From positions 1-64,000 of the forward strand of contig CAWBKP010000003.1 in the NCBI GenBank assembly GCA_963789395.1: DNA of 64,000 bases. The letters run 5' to 3'. The translations under genes were made by a program, and so were the position numbers. The notes under the pieces are model-generated. The model did not search any database and was not told the origin of the DNA. It saw only the letters and a program-made list of their open reading frames with translations. Shown here one piece after another: positions 22,481-32,737 of the stretch. Source of the DNA: an uncultured delta proteobacterium. GTDB taxonomy: Bacteria; Desulfobacterota; Desulfobacteria; Desulfobacterales; Desulfatirhabdiaceae. How positions within the stretch are numbered: the first letter of the stretch is position 1; each line of letters begins with the position of its first letter.

Positions 22481-22507
22481 ACTTTGATTCAATATAAAAA
22501 AGTATTC

Positions 22508-22550
22508 AAACCCCCATCTGGATGCCTTTTCCAAATGAGGGTTTTTTTTT
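22508..22550. terminator. Hairpin followed by a T-tract in the degP-fusA intergenic region
   Basis: AAACCCCCATCTGGA...TCCAAATGAGGGTTT (15-bp stem, 2 mismatches) running into a T9 tract. Confidence 0.5.
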
Positions 22551-22587
22551 CATACCCTCGTGTCTTTTTTTATTAAGGAATAGCTCT

Positions 22588-24673
22588 ATGGAAAGAAATA
22601 TCCAAAAAGTCAGAAACATCGGCATCAGTGCACACATTGATTCCGGCAAAACCACCCTGACCGAAAGAATCCTTTACTACACCAAACGCATCCACGCCAT
22701 CCATGACGTCAAGGGAAAAGACGGGGTCGGCGCAACCATGGATTCAATGGAGTTGGAAAGAGAACGTGGCATCACCATTGCTTCGGCTGCGACATTCTGC
22801 GAGTGGCAAAACCACCAGATCAATATCATTGACACGCCGGGACATGTGGATTTTACCATAGAGGTGGAGCGGTCTCTGCGCGTACTGGATGGCGCCATTC
22901 TGGTGCTGTGCGCGGTTGGCGGAGTTCAGTCCCAGTCCATTACGGTTGATCAGCAGATGAAACGCTACAAAGTCCCCTGCGTTGCCTTTATCAATAAATG
23001 CGACCGCAGCGGCGCAAACCCCGCGCGGGTGATTCAGCAGCTGCGGGAAAAACTGGGGCACCATCCGGTTGCCGTCCAGATCCCCATCGGGCTTGAAGCC
23101 GACCTGAAGGGACTGGTGGATCTGGTTGCCATGAAAGCCCTGTATTTTGACGGAGAAAACGGTGAGATCCTTCGGACCGAGGAAATACCCGCCCATTTGG
23201 TGAATGACGCCAGAGAATACAGAGAGCAGCTTCTGGATGCAGTCTCTGTGGTATCCGATGAGCTGACCGAGGCCATACTGGAAGAGCGCGAAATCCCTTC
23301 TGATCTTATTTTAACCGCTCTTCGGAAAGCCACTCTGGAGCGTATCGTCACACCGGTCTTCATGGGCTCGGCTTACAGGAACAAAGGCATTCAACCCCTT
23401 CTGGACGGGGTGACGCGGCTGCTTCCCTGCCCGTCTGATGTGGAAAATGAAGCCCTGGATATGGACAACCACGAAGCTGCGGTCTCTCTTACAACGGATC
23501 CGGAAAAGCCGGTCGTCGCCTTTGCCTTCAAACTGGAAGACGGGCAGTACGGCCAGCTCACCTATATCCGGGTCTATCAGGGAGTGATCGCAAAAGGCTC
23601 CACCATTGTCAATGTCCGAAACGGCCGGAAAGTGAAAGTCGGTCGGGTTGCACGGATGCATGCGGACCAGATGGAGGATATCGAAGCCATCCCCGCCGGA
23701 CACATCGGTGCCCTGTTCGGCATCGACTGCGCATCCGGTGACACCTTTGTCGCGCCGGGCCTCAGCCTGACCCTGACCTCGATGTTCGTGCCTGCCCCGG
23801 TCATTTCCCTTGCCATTGTGCCCAAAGACAACAAATCCCAGATTAACATGTCCAAGGCACTGAACCGCTTTACCAAGGAAGACCCCACATTCAAATCCCA
23901 CTACAACGACGAAACCAATGAAACGGTCATCGAAGGCATGGGAGAACTTCATCTGGAAGTCTATGTGGAGCGCATGAAGCGGGAATATCAGGCCGAAGTC
24001 AGCACCGGCATGCCGCAGGTGGCGTATCGGGAAACCATCACCCGCAGGGCGGAGTTCAACTACACGCATAAAAAACAGACCGGCGGCTCCGGACAATATG
24101 GCCGGGTGGCAGGATACATGGAACCGGTCGAAGAGCGCGTTCGTGTTTGAAAATGAAGTGACCGGCGGCTCCATTCCCACGCAATACATATCCGCCTGTG
24201 AAAAAGGCTTCAAGCTCTGCCTGCCCAAAGGCCCCAAGCTGGGGTATCCGGTAACAGGGGTTAAAGTCGTTATCAACGACGGGGCGTCTCATGCCGTGGA
24301 CTCGTCCGACATGGCGTTTCAGTCGGCTGCCAGAGGCGCATTTCTGGAAGGCTATGCCAAGGCAAAGGCCGTGATTCACGAACCGATCATGAAAGTGGTT
24401 GTTGAAACGCCGACCGAATTTCAGGGTTCGGCCATGGGGCTGTTGAATCAGCGCCGGGGGATGATCGTCGGGGCGCAGGATGAAGGGGTGATGTGTTCGA
24501 TAGAAGCCCAGGTCCCGCTTGCGGAAATGTTCGGCTTTTCAACGGTGTTAAGATCTTCCACCCAGGGCAAGGCCCAGTTTACGATGGAGTTTTCAACCTA
24601 TAAGCAGGTCCCTCAGTCTGTTTCCGAAGAACTGATCAAGAAGGCATCCGAAACCAAAAAACATGTCGCATAA
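22588..24673 (+). CDS. fusA: Elongation factor G (stand-alone paralogue), +1 frameshift near 24136
   Basis: [40 protein letters not shown]. The C-terminal domains continue in the next frame (GAA GAG [C] GCG TTC GTG TTT GAA). AAGGA RBS before ATG 22588. Confidence 0.93.
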
Positions 24674-24761
24674 CCGATGGGGTGTTTCAGATCCCCGGCG
24701 GAATGCGGTTTTCATCCCCCATTCTGCCAAAGTCATTTATCTTAAGGAAAGGAATGTTGCC

Positions 24762-25466
24762 ATGCTGAGAAAGGATCTTATTCTGAAAAATCCCCTGAGA
24801 CTCCTGGGTCATGAAACCGATGATATCCTGCCGGCCGGCGGTTTCGGCGCGGTGCTGGCCTGCGCCGGCGTCGGGAAAACCGCATTGATGGTTCAGATTG
24901 CCTTAAATGCCCTGCTCAGGGATAAAAACGTGCTGCACATCAGCCTGAATGAGCCGGTACATAAAGTATCCCTGTGGTATGAAGAAGTGTTCAGAAATAT
25001 CACCAAATCCTATGAGCTGCACGAAATGAACGAACTCTGGGAAACCATTCTGACGCACCGGTTCATCATGACGTTTCAGGTCGAAGGATTCAGCGTTCCC
25101 AAACTCAAAGAGCGGCTGACCGATTTAACGGCCCAGGGCATTTTTTTCCCCCAGCTGATCATTCTGGACGGCCTGCCGTTCGATAAACCCGTGAATCAGA
25201 TCCTGACGGACCTGAAATCGCTCGCCGCCGATTATCGCCTGCCGGTGTGGCTGGCGGTTCGGACACACCAGCACGAAGAATCCGGATCAGACGGCCTGCC
25301 AATTCAGATAGACGGCATATCCGAGCTCTTCAACGTGGCCATACAGCTTCAGCCTGATGGAAAGGAAGTTCTGATACAAGCGCTGAAAGGCGGCAATCCG
25401 GCTGCCGGACAGTCGAATCTTTACCTGGATCCTTCAACACTGTTGATCAAAGACAAAACACTATAA
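24762..25466 (+). CDS. Small RecA/KaiC-fold P-loop ATPase-like protein
   Basis: Walker A ACAGVGKT, VLHISL strand, LIILDG Walker B-like motif. Confidence 0.7.
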   Translation: MLRKDLILKNPLRLLGHETDDILPAGGFGAVLACAGVGKTALMVQIALNALLRDKNVLHISLNEPVHKVSLWYEEVFRNITKSYELHEMNELWETILTHRFIMTFQVEGFSVPKLKERLTDLTAQGIFFPQLIILDGLPFDKPVNQILTDLKSLAADYRLPVWLAVRTHQHEESGSDGLPIQIDGISELFNVAIQLQPDGKEVLIQALKGGNPAAGQSNLYLDPSTLLIKDKTL

Positions 25467-25510
25467 ATTCCCCGTGGACAGGGGAACCGGCAGATTCCGG
25501 ATTTCATTCG

Positions 25511-26176
25511 TCAGGATATGAATATCCGGTGAAGACTGCTGGCCAGTTGGGCCATGACATCGCCGATATAGTGGCGGCCACTGACCCGTTCAAATCCAAA
25601 ATACAGAATCAAAGCAGCAGCTCCCATCCTGTAACCGATTCGAGAAGGCCACTCCTTCAGCAGGGCCGGGAACAGGGCAGGCAGTATGGCCGATCCCGCC
25701 AGAGGCGGAATCGGCAGAAGATGATAGACTGCCATGGTCAGATTTACGGCCATCACCATGCCGAACACCCGGTCTTCCGCACCGTAATGCTTGAATAGCC
25801 AGATAACGCTTCCGGCAATGCTGGCCAGAAAAAAATTGGCAAGCGGCCCGGCAAGGTACGTCAGCAAGGTATACAGGCGGGGCCTGGAAAACCGATCGGA
25901 TTTAATCTGAACCGGTCTGGGCCAGCCGAATCCCGCTGCCAGAAAACAGATGACGCCTGAAAAATCAAGATGCAGAAACGGGTTGAAATGAAAGCGCCTG
26001 GAATTATCCGTCTGGGTATCTCCCAGAAACGTTGCGGCAAACACCTGGGCCTCTGCATGAACCGTTACAGCCATCAATACACCCACCGTAAAAGATACCA
26101 GATCGTCAAATCGAATGCGCGTCGGATCCAGCCAGAACGGCGTGGAAAAAGCCAATGAAATGGGATCTTGCATCAT
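25511..26176 (-). CDS. Site-2 protease (M50)-like membrane protein with degenerate catalytic motifs
   Basis: FNPFLHLD, FGWPRP, AGPLAN and LLPIPPL family motifs present; HExxH reads HAEAQ and LDG reads LAG. Confidence 0.8.
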   Translation of the reverse strand: MMQDPISLAFSTPFWLDPTRIRFDDLVSFTVGVLMAVTVHAEAQVFAATFLGDTQTDNSRRFHFNPFLHLDFSGVICFLAAGFGWPRPVQIKSDRFSRPRLYTLLTYLAGPLANFFLASIAGSVIWLFKHYGAEDRVFGMVMAVNLTMAVYHLLPIPPLAGSAILPALFPALLKEWPSRIGYRMGAAALILYFGFERVSGRHYIGDVMAQLASSLHRIFIS

Positions 26177-26182
26177 ATTATG

Positions 26183-27844
26183 TTACCCCCGCCGGTATCC
26201 GGGCCCATCCCCGCCTTCGGGACAGGTCCAGGTGATATTCCGGAACGGGTCCTTGATATCACAGGTCTTGCAGTGCAGGCAGTTTGAGGGGTTCAGCTTC
26301 AGCTCTTTCCGGCACGTTGCGTCATCCACCCGGATTTCATAAACATTTCCCGGGCAGAATCGGGTACAGGGGCTTTGATACGTGTCATAGCATCGCGTAA
26401 CACAAAGCTCCGGATCATGGACCACAAGATGCGATGGCTGGTCCTCCCGGTGAAGGGTTTTGGACAGATAGACGCCGGTCAATTTGTCAACGATCAGGAC
26501 TCCATCGAAAAGCTTCGCATCGATCGGCAACGGGGCCGCCCCGGGCTTGACAGGCTTCAATGTCTTGCAGTCTTCCTCAAGGGGAAGCCGGTCCCGGAAT
26601 CCCAGACCTTCATTCAGATATTGTGCCGCCAGATGGAAAAATTTAATCGGCGCTTTTTTACCCATTGCAGCGGAAAAATTTCTTCCCGCAGCCAGCTCTT
26701 CCCGCAGCCAGCTCTTTTCAAAAAACTCGGAATAAAGGCTCAGCGTCCGCTCTGAATAATCGCCTTTTTCAACAGCATGGCCAATGGCTTCCGCGGCCAG
26801 CATTCCGGATTTCATGGCGGTATGGATGCCCTTTAAGGCGGGAGCATGGTGCATGGCGGCCGCTGCCCCGACAAAAAGGCCGCCTGTGACAAAGAGTTTG
26901 GGCATGGCATGATACCCGGCGACCGCTACGGTTCTTGCGCCCTGTTCAATGACTTTTCCGCCCTGGATAATGCCGGATACAAAGGGATGGAGCTTAAACC
27001 GGATAAACACGTCATACGGGTCCAGAAACGGATCTTCATAGGACAGGGCGGTGAGATAGCCGATGGCGACCTGATTGTCCTTCATTTCATAGATGAATCC
27101 GCCGCCAGGTGTGTTCATTCCCAGGGGATGGCCCAGAAAATGCAGACCGTTCCCGTGGCTTGAAGCAAAATAATTGTCTTCGGGCAACGCAATGATTTCC
27201 TTGATCCCGGTTTCGAACACATCCGGCATCACCCCTGAAATTCCCAGCTTGCCGGTCATTTCCTTCATCAGGCTGCCGCGAGCCCCTTCCCCGAACACCG
27301 TAACCTTGGCCAGAATGTCGACCCCGGGCTCATAATTGGTTTTGGGCTGGCCGTCCTTGCCGATCCCCTTGTCCCCGGTCCGGACCCCGATAATGGATGA
27401 TTGATCCGCGCCATAAAGTACTTCTTTTCCGGCAAATCCCGGTAAAATATTAACCCCGAGACCTTCTGCAACCTCAGCGAGCCATCGGCAATACCGGGAA
27501 AGGCTGATGATATAATATCCCTGGTTTTCCAGATAGCTGGGAACAAACGGAATGCGGTAGGCCTTTTCCGGCGACAGATAGTAGATTTCATCGTCCCTGA
27601 CCGTCGTTTCAATAGGGCACCCCTGATCCAAAAAATCCGGGATGAGTTCTTTTAACGCTCCCGGGTTTAAGATGGCGCCACTCAGACAGTGCGCGCCGAT
27701 TTCAGCGCCTTTTTCAATAACGGCGACCTCAAGGTTCAGTCCTTTTTCACCGGCCAACTGCATCAGCCGAATGGCTCCGGCAAGGCTCGCGGGCCCTGCG
27801 CCGACAAAAAGGACATCCACTTCCATCGATTCATGTTCCATCAT
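26183..27844 (-). CDS. Electron-transfer flavoprotein:quinone oxidoreductase (FixC/FixX-like, FAD + 4Fe-4S)
   Basis: GAGPA FAD motif, KGIHTAMKSG, C-terminal CPGNVYE...NCLHCKTCDIKDP...PEGGDGP. Confidence 0.92.
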   Translation of the reverse strand: MMEHESMEVDVLFVGAGPASLAGAIRLMQLAGEKGLNLEVAVIEKGAEIGAHCLSGAILNPGALKELIPDFLDQGCPIETTVRDDEIYYLSPEKAYRIPFVPSYLENQGYYIISLSRYCRWLAEVAEGLGVNILPGFAGKEVLYGADQSSIIGVRTGDKGIGKDGQPKTNYEPGVDILAKVTVFGEGARGSLMKEMTGKLGISGVMPDVFETGIKEIIALPEDNYFASSHGNGLHFLGHPLGMNTPGGGFIYEMKDNQVAIGYLTALSYEDPFLDPYDVFIRFKLHPFVSGIIQGGKVIEQGARTVAVAGYHAMPKLFVTGGLFVGAAAAMHHAPALKGIHTAMKSGMLAAEAIGHAVEKGDYSERTLSLYSEFFEKSWLREELAAGRNFSAAMGKKAPIKFFHLAAQYLNEGLGFRDRLPLEEDCKTLKPVKPGAAPLPIDAKLFDGVLIVDKLTGVYLSKTLHREDQPSHLVVHDPELCVTRCYDTYQSPCTRFCPGNVYEIRVDDATCRKELKLNPSNCLHCKTCDIKDPFRNITWTCPEGGDGPGYRRG

Positions 27845-27966
27845 CTACGATCCTCTTTCACAAACGCATATCGCCCAAGTCCCGTGGTCTATCGCACCCA
27901 TGTCATTACAGAGAAAAAATTCCCCTTTGGAAAATTCATCAGTCACTGACATTACGACCTGCCAGA

Positions 27967-28938
27967 TCAGTTGGTATTGAGTTTTTTGATTTCTTCGGTG
28001 ATCATCGGGATGATTTCAAAAAGATTTCCCACAATGCCATAATCGGCTTTGGAAAAGATCGGGGCTTCCGGGTCCTTATTGATGGCCACGATGACTTTTG
28101 AAGTCTGCATGCCTGCAAAGTGCTGAATCGCGCCGGATATGCCGCAGGCAATATAGACATTGGGAGAGACGACTTTTCCGGTCTGGCCGACCTGATCCGA
28201 TACGGGCCGCCATCCTTCATCCACAGCCGAGCGGGATGCGCCGACAGCGCCCCCCATTGCCGAAGCAAGTGATTCTATCACCGAAAAATCTTTTCCGCCC
28301 ATTCCCCTGCCGCCGGATACCACGACATCGGCTTCGGTCAATTCGATTCTGCCCGCAGCCTCCACCTGTCTTCCCAGACAGGAAGTCCGGGGTTTTTCCA
28401 GAACAACCGGCCAGGATTCAATCCGTCCGGCACCGGTTGCGGCTGCCGACGCAAAGGCATTGGGCCGAAGGGTGATGATACCGGGACTGCTTTCTATCAC
28501 GACATCGACCAGAACCTTTCCGCCGAACATGGGCCGGGTAATCGTCAGTTTCTGGCTTTCGAACCCAAGAGAAATACAATCCGTTGCCAGCGGCGCATTG
28601 AGCCGGGCCGAAAGCGCAGCGGCCAGATCCTTTCCCTGTGTGGTTGCACCCATCAGAACAAAAACCGGGGCTTCTTTTTGGATGATTTCCGCTGTCACCC
28701 GGGTATATGTTTCCGTCAGATACTGTTTCAGCTCGGAATGCTCGGCAGCCAGGATTCTGTCCGGGCCGTAAGCCGCCAATTGCTTGGCCGCATCCTGAAC
28801 GCTATCTCCCAGTACAACAGCAACCAGTTTTCCACCCAGGGTGTCGGCCATTCTTCTGCCCTGGCTTAGAACTTCAAAAGACACTTTCCGGAAAACGCCG
28901 TCTACATATTCCGCAACGGCAAGTATATCTTGCGACAT
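27967..28938 (-). CDS. etfA: Electron transfer flavoprotein alpha subunit
   Basis: SGGRG, QVGQTGK, GISGAIQH, AINKD. Confidence 0.95.
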   Translation of the reverse strand: MSQDILAVAEYVDGVFRKVSFEVLSQGRRMADTLGGKLVAVVLGDSVQDAAKQLAAYGPDRILAAEHSELKQYLTETYTRVTAEIIQKEAPVFVLMGATTQGKDLAAALSARLNAPLATDCISLGFESQKLTITRPMFGGKVLVDVVIESSPGIITLRPNAFASAAATGAGRIESWPVVLEKPRTSCLGRQVEAAGRIELTEADVVVSGGRGMGGKDFSVIESLASAMGGAVGASRSAVDEGWRPVSDQVGQTGKVVSPNVYIACGISGAIQHFAGMQTSKVIVAINKDPEAPIFSKADYGIVGNLFEIIPMITEEIKKLNTN

Positions 28939-29002
28939 GATGATCTCCTCAAAATAAGGCAAGAGACGCTGTTTCCCTTGCCTGCGTATGGTTATTTCCG
29001 TC

Positions 29003-29776
29003 TTATATCACCTTGGCTTCTTCGTGCAGGATTCTGACCAGTTCCGCAGCCTTTGCCTGAGGCGTTGCAGCATCGATGATTTTTGCAGCCTGTCGTTTTT
29101 CCGGCAGTTTCATCGCCACCACCCGCAAGAGGGGGGCAGGAGCTTCCATGCCAAGATCCGCCAGGGTTTTGGTTTCCAGCGGCTTCTTTTTGGCTTTCAT
29201 CACTCCGGGCAGCGATGCATAACGGGGTTCGTTAAGCCCGCGCTGGGTCGTAAAAAGCGCCGGCAATGGGGATTCGATAATTGCCGTTCCCCCTTCGATG
29301 GTCCGGTGACAGTGGATTTTTCCATCCACAATTTCCTGTTTGATCACCAGAGACATAAAGGGAATATTCAGAAATTCGGCAACAGCTGCGCCGACTAAAA
29401 AATTTTCATCATCCACAGCCCGCTGGCCTGCAATGATCAGGTCATAAGGTAGCTGCTGAATCACCGTTGACAGAATCCGGGCAATTCCCAGCCCGTCACA
29501 GGCAGCAGTCGCCGGATCATTCACCAGAACCCCCTTGTCCGCACCCATTGCAAGGGCAGTCCGGATCGCCTCCACGGCTTTGGCGGTTCCGACGGAAACC
29601 AGGGTCACTGTGCCCCCCTGCTTGTCGCGGATGCGAAGGGCTTCCTCGACGGCAAACTCGTCATAGGGATTGATCACCCAGTTTACATCATCGGTTTTGA
29701 TGGATCGGCCGTCTTCGGCAATCTGAACAATGGATTCGGTTGACGGCACCTGTTTAAGCAATACGATAATGTCCAC
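29003..29776 (-). CDS. etfB: Electron transfer flavoprotein beta subunit
   Basis: KQVP, NPYDEFAVEEA, AMGAD, NEPRYASL. Confidence 0.95.
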   Translation of the reverse strand: MDIIVLLKQVPSTESIVQIAEDGRSIKTDDVNWVINPYDEFAVEEALRIRDKQGGTVTLVSVGTAKAVEAIRTALAMGADKGVLVNDPATAACDGLGIARILSTVIQQLPYDLIIAGQRAVDDENFLVGAAVAEFLNIPFMSLVIKQEIVDGKIHCHRTIEGGTAIIESPLPALFTTQRGLNEPRYASLPGVMKAKKKPLETKTLADLGMEAPAPLLRVVAMKLPEKRQAAKIIDAATPQAKAAELVRILHEEAKVI

Positions 29777-29836
29777 GCGTATGTCCTCTCTTTTGAATCA
29801 AGTCTGAAATGAACGCAAATTATGGTTAAACGCTCA

Positions 29837-29850
29837 TGACCGATCGGTCA
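29837..29850. promoter_or_regulatory. Perfect 14-bp palindrome upstream of etfB, probable repressor operator
   Basis: TGACCGATCGGTCA is its own reverse complement and lies about 60 bp upstream of the etfB start. Confidence 0.55.
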
Positions 29851-30024
29851 AGTTCGCAAAATGAACGTCCCAAAAAAAACCGACATCTGATCTTTGTATT
29901 CACCACCGCCTTCAGTGTCAATATCTTTATCAAGGCAGGGATCAAAAATTACAATCGAGCGGCTGTCTAACTGTTCGGCAGGAATATTCCTGAAACTCTG
30001 ACAGCCTCTCTTTGCATGACCGTC

Positions 30025-31332
30025 TCATTTACGGCAAAGCAATGCCGCCACTTTTTCTATCATGGCAATCGCCGCCTCATACTCCGCTTTGCGAAACCGC
30101 AGCTTCAACGCTGCCTTGAGCATATCCATGGTTATGACATGATGTTGCTCCGCCAGAACAGCCAGCGCAACTAGGGCCCAGTCCTGGGATTTGATTTTCT
30201 CTGCTTTAAAGTCGACTTCGATAACGGAAGCCGGACAGGGCGGCAGTTCAATGCCGCCGGCTTTGATGACCAGCGCTTCCGGTGAAAGGTCGGTCAGCAT
30301 TTTTTTGCGGCGATTGACGCCTTCCGGGGCCAGCGCAATCACAACCGAAGGGTTCTCAATCCCCGTATATTCGATTTCAGTATCGGAAAGGATGATGTCG
30401 CTGACCGAATGACCCCGCATGACGGTAATGGGGTAGTCGCTTTTCTGGGCTGCGTGACATCCGGCCGCAGCCCCTGCCAGACACAGCAGTTCCCCGGCGG
30501 TAATGATCCGCTGGCCGGCACTTCCCAGTACAACCACTTCTCGTCGGCCCGCTTGCGGGGCCTTGCAGGTAGCATCGATCCGCACGGGTTCCGCTGCGGG
30601 CAGGAGTTTTGCAGCCTCCTGCCGGTAGGCCTTTCCGTATTCCGTTCTGGCATTTCGGGTCTTGTAATCACCCAGATCCGGAAGAATTGCCAGATCCGCT
30701 TCGATGCTCTTGGGGGTGAGTTTGTTGCGGCGGGTGTAACGGCCGGGACAAAGCCCCCAGATATCGACCAGTGAAAATCCTTCAAAAGCGATGGCCTCTT
30801 TCAGTCCGTCCACCAGGCGCTTATCGTAGGTGGATGCACGGGAAACATAAGCTGCTCCGGCCGCCGCCGCAACCTGGCAGATATCCAGCGGCTTTTCCAA
30901 TCTGTTTAAGAAACCGGAACCGACCTGGGCATCCTGGGGCGTTGTCGAAGAGCACTGCCCCCCCGTCATGCCGTAATTAAAGTTGTTAAGAACCAGAAGC
31001 GTCAGATCGATGTTCCGGCGGCAGGTACTCAGTACGTGCGCCCCGCCGATCCCAAGACCGCCATCCCCCATGGTAACGATTACCTTCAGATCCGGCCTGG
31101 CCATTTTGATGCCGGTGGCATATGTAAGGGCCCTGCCGTGCAGCCCATGAAAGGCATGGGTATTGAAAAACGTGTCGAACAGGCCGGAGCATCCGATATC
31201 GGTAACGATGACAACGTCTTCTCCGGAATATCCCATCCCCGTCAGGGCCTGGTCCAGGCTATGCAGCACCTGGTCATGGGAACAGCCGGGGCAGAACACG
31301 GGTGGGCGATTGCTGTTTAAAAGACTATCCAT
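30025..31332 (-). CDS. 2-oxoacid:ferredoxin oxidoreductase beta subunit fused to a gamma domain
   Basis: FCPGC, DIGCS, HGRA, GDGG...NNFNYGMTGGQ TPP motif; C-terminal GSAGQRII...RGHSVS gamma-type domain. Confidence 0.88.
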   Translation of the reverse strand: MDSLLNSNRPPVFCPGCSHDQVLHSLDQALTGMGYSGEDVVIVTDIGCSGLFDTFFNTHAFHGLHGRALTYATGIKMARPDLKVIVTMGDGGLGIGGAHVLSTCRRNIDLTLLVLNNFNYGMTGGQCSSTTPQDAQVGSGFLNRLEKPLDICQVAAAAGAAYVSRASTYDKRLVDGLKEAIAFEGFSLVDIWGLCPGRYTRRNKLTPKSIEADLAILPDLGDYKTRNARTEYGKAYRQEAAKLLPAAEPVRIDATCKAPQAGRREVVVLGSAGQRIITAGELLCLAGAAAGCHAAQKSDYPITVMRGHSVSDIILSDTEIEYTGIENPSVVIALAPEGVNRRKKMLTDLSPEALVIKAGGIELPPCPASVIEVDFKAEKIKSQDWALVALAVLAEQHHVITMDMLKAALKLRFRKAEYEAAIAMIEKVAALLCRK

Positions 31333-32446
31333 GTTGAATCACCTCCAGAATCTGTCCGGGCTTGATCAACTCTCCGTTCATCTGCCCCAGAAAATCGATT
31401 TTTTTATCAGGCAGCAGCCGCTGAATCTCCCGGACGTACTGCCCCAGATTCATCTCCGTCATGACCACCCGCTTGTATGGCGCGGCCTTTTCCCGAATCA
31501 GCTGCTCCGGAACAGGCCACAGGGTTTTCAGGATCAGAAGCGATGCTTTTGCGGTGCGTTGCTCAATTTTTTTCACGGCTGTTTTGGCTGCACGAGCGGT
31601 CACCCCGTAAGCAATCACCAGCGTATCGGCGCCGGGAACGCTGTATTCCTCGTAGTAAGTGAACGCAGAGACGGATTGATTCAGCTTGTCATCCAGCCGC
31701 GCCTGCATGCTTGCGATTTGCCCCGGATCGGTCGTGATGTAACCATCCGTTCCATGGGTCGAGGAGGTTTGACGGACCAGAAACTTTCCGCCGATGGGAA
31801 GAAAATCCGGCACCAGCTGTCCGTTCTTCACCCCAAACGGTGCAAAGGGCTGATCCGCATCAGCCAGACTGCGCCCGACCGTCTGCGGCAGGTCAAGCCC
31901 ATCCAGATCGATCGTCTCACGGGTCATGGAGACTTCCTTGTTGGCTGCCAGAAACACCGGACACCGGTATTGCTCGGCCAGATTAAAGGCCTGCATGGTC
32001 AGCACATAGCAGTCTTTCACATCCACTGGCGCCAGTACGATCACGGGCAGCCCGCCGCTGTTGCCCCACTGCAAAAATTGGATATCCCCGTCAGCGCCTT
32101 TGGTGGCGGACCCTGTGGACGGCCCCAGCCGCTGAACATCTACGATGACGATGGGGATCTCGCTGCCGATGGCAAACGAGATCTGCTCGCTGTAAAGACT
32201 GATGCCCGGACCAGACGTGGCCGTCATGGTCTTCATGCCGGACATCGAAGCCCCCAGGCAGAATCCGATGGAGGCAATTTCATCTTCTCCCTGGAGACAG
32301 ACACCGCCTTTGGGCGGCAAGAGTTTCAGCATGGTATTATAAATCGTCGTAGCCGGAGTAATCGGGTAACCGGCAAAGAAATTGCATCCGGCAGCAATCG
32401 CGCCCCAGCCAATGGCTTCATTGCCTTCCATTAACGTCAGTCCCAT
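31325..32446 (-). CDS. 2-oxoacid:ferredoxin oxidoreductase alpha subunit
   Basis: GNEA, GYPITP, EDEI, TSGPG, QRLGPSTG, EMNLGQ. The true start is ATG 32446 (AAAGGA RBS). Confidence 0.92.
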   Translation of the reverse strand: MGLTLMEGNEAIGWGAIAAGCNFFAGYPITPATTIYNTMLKLLPPKGGVCLQGEDEIASIGFCLGASMSGMKTMTATSGPGISLYSEQISFAIGSEIPIVIVDVQRLGPSTGSATKGADGDIQFLQWGNSGGLPVIVLAPVDVKDCYVLTMQAFNLAEQYRCPVFLAANKEVSMTRETIDLDGLDLPQTVGRSLADADQPFAPFGVKNGQLVPDFLPIGGKFLVRQTSSTHGTDGYITTDPGQIASMQARLDDKLNQSVSAFTYYEEYSVPGADTLVIAYGVTARAAKTAVKKIEQRTAKASLLILKTLWPVPEQLIREKAAPYKRVVMTEMNLGQYVREIQRLLPDKKIDFLGQMNGELIKPGQILEVIQHG

Positions 32447-32496
32447 ATTTATCCTTTGATTGACTAATATAATAAACTGGTAAAAACTCAAAACTA

Positions 32497-32623
32497 TGAT
32501 GGCAAAGAAAAAAGCTCCAGATGCAGGCGCGCAAATCCCGCAGCGTGAGGCGTACTTATGGGTACGCCGCAATGACGAAGAAAGCCGCGCAACGACGCAG
32601 ATGGACTTTTTGTGAAGCCATCA
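32497..32623. repeat. About 127-bp palindromic MITE/REP-like element
   Basis: Inverted ends TGATGGC...AAAAAG / CTTTTT...GCCATCA and an internal GGCGTAC-TTATGG-GTACGCC hairpin; GC-rich in AT-rich intergenic DNA. Confidence 0.7.
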
Positions 32624-32737
32624 ATATTTAATCCCAACATCGGAGCAGCCACCGCGTATTATTATTGCAAGAAATTACTTTTCTGGCAACCGGGTTCAAT
32701 CCCCCTGCCGTGAAAATCATGAGTCGGCAAATATGAC

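Noticed and set aside
24120..24150. Programmed frameshift or Sec readthrough at the fusA TGA
   Set aside because: The C-terminal part is in a different frame, there is no slippery heptamer, and similar indels occur throughout the window.
31163..32434. Long antisense ORFs (also 850-1782, 35719-36843, 47942-48883, 23311-24276)
   Set aside because: They are shadows of well-supported genes on the opposite strand and carry no motifs of their own.
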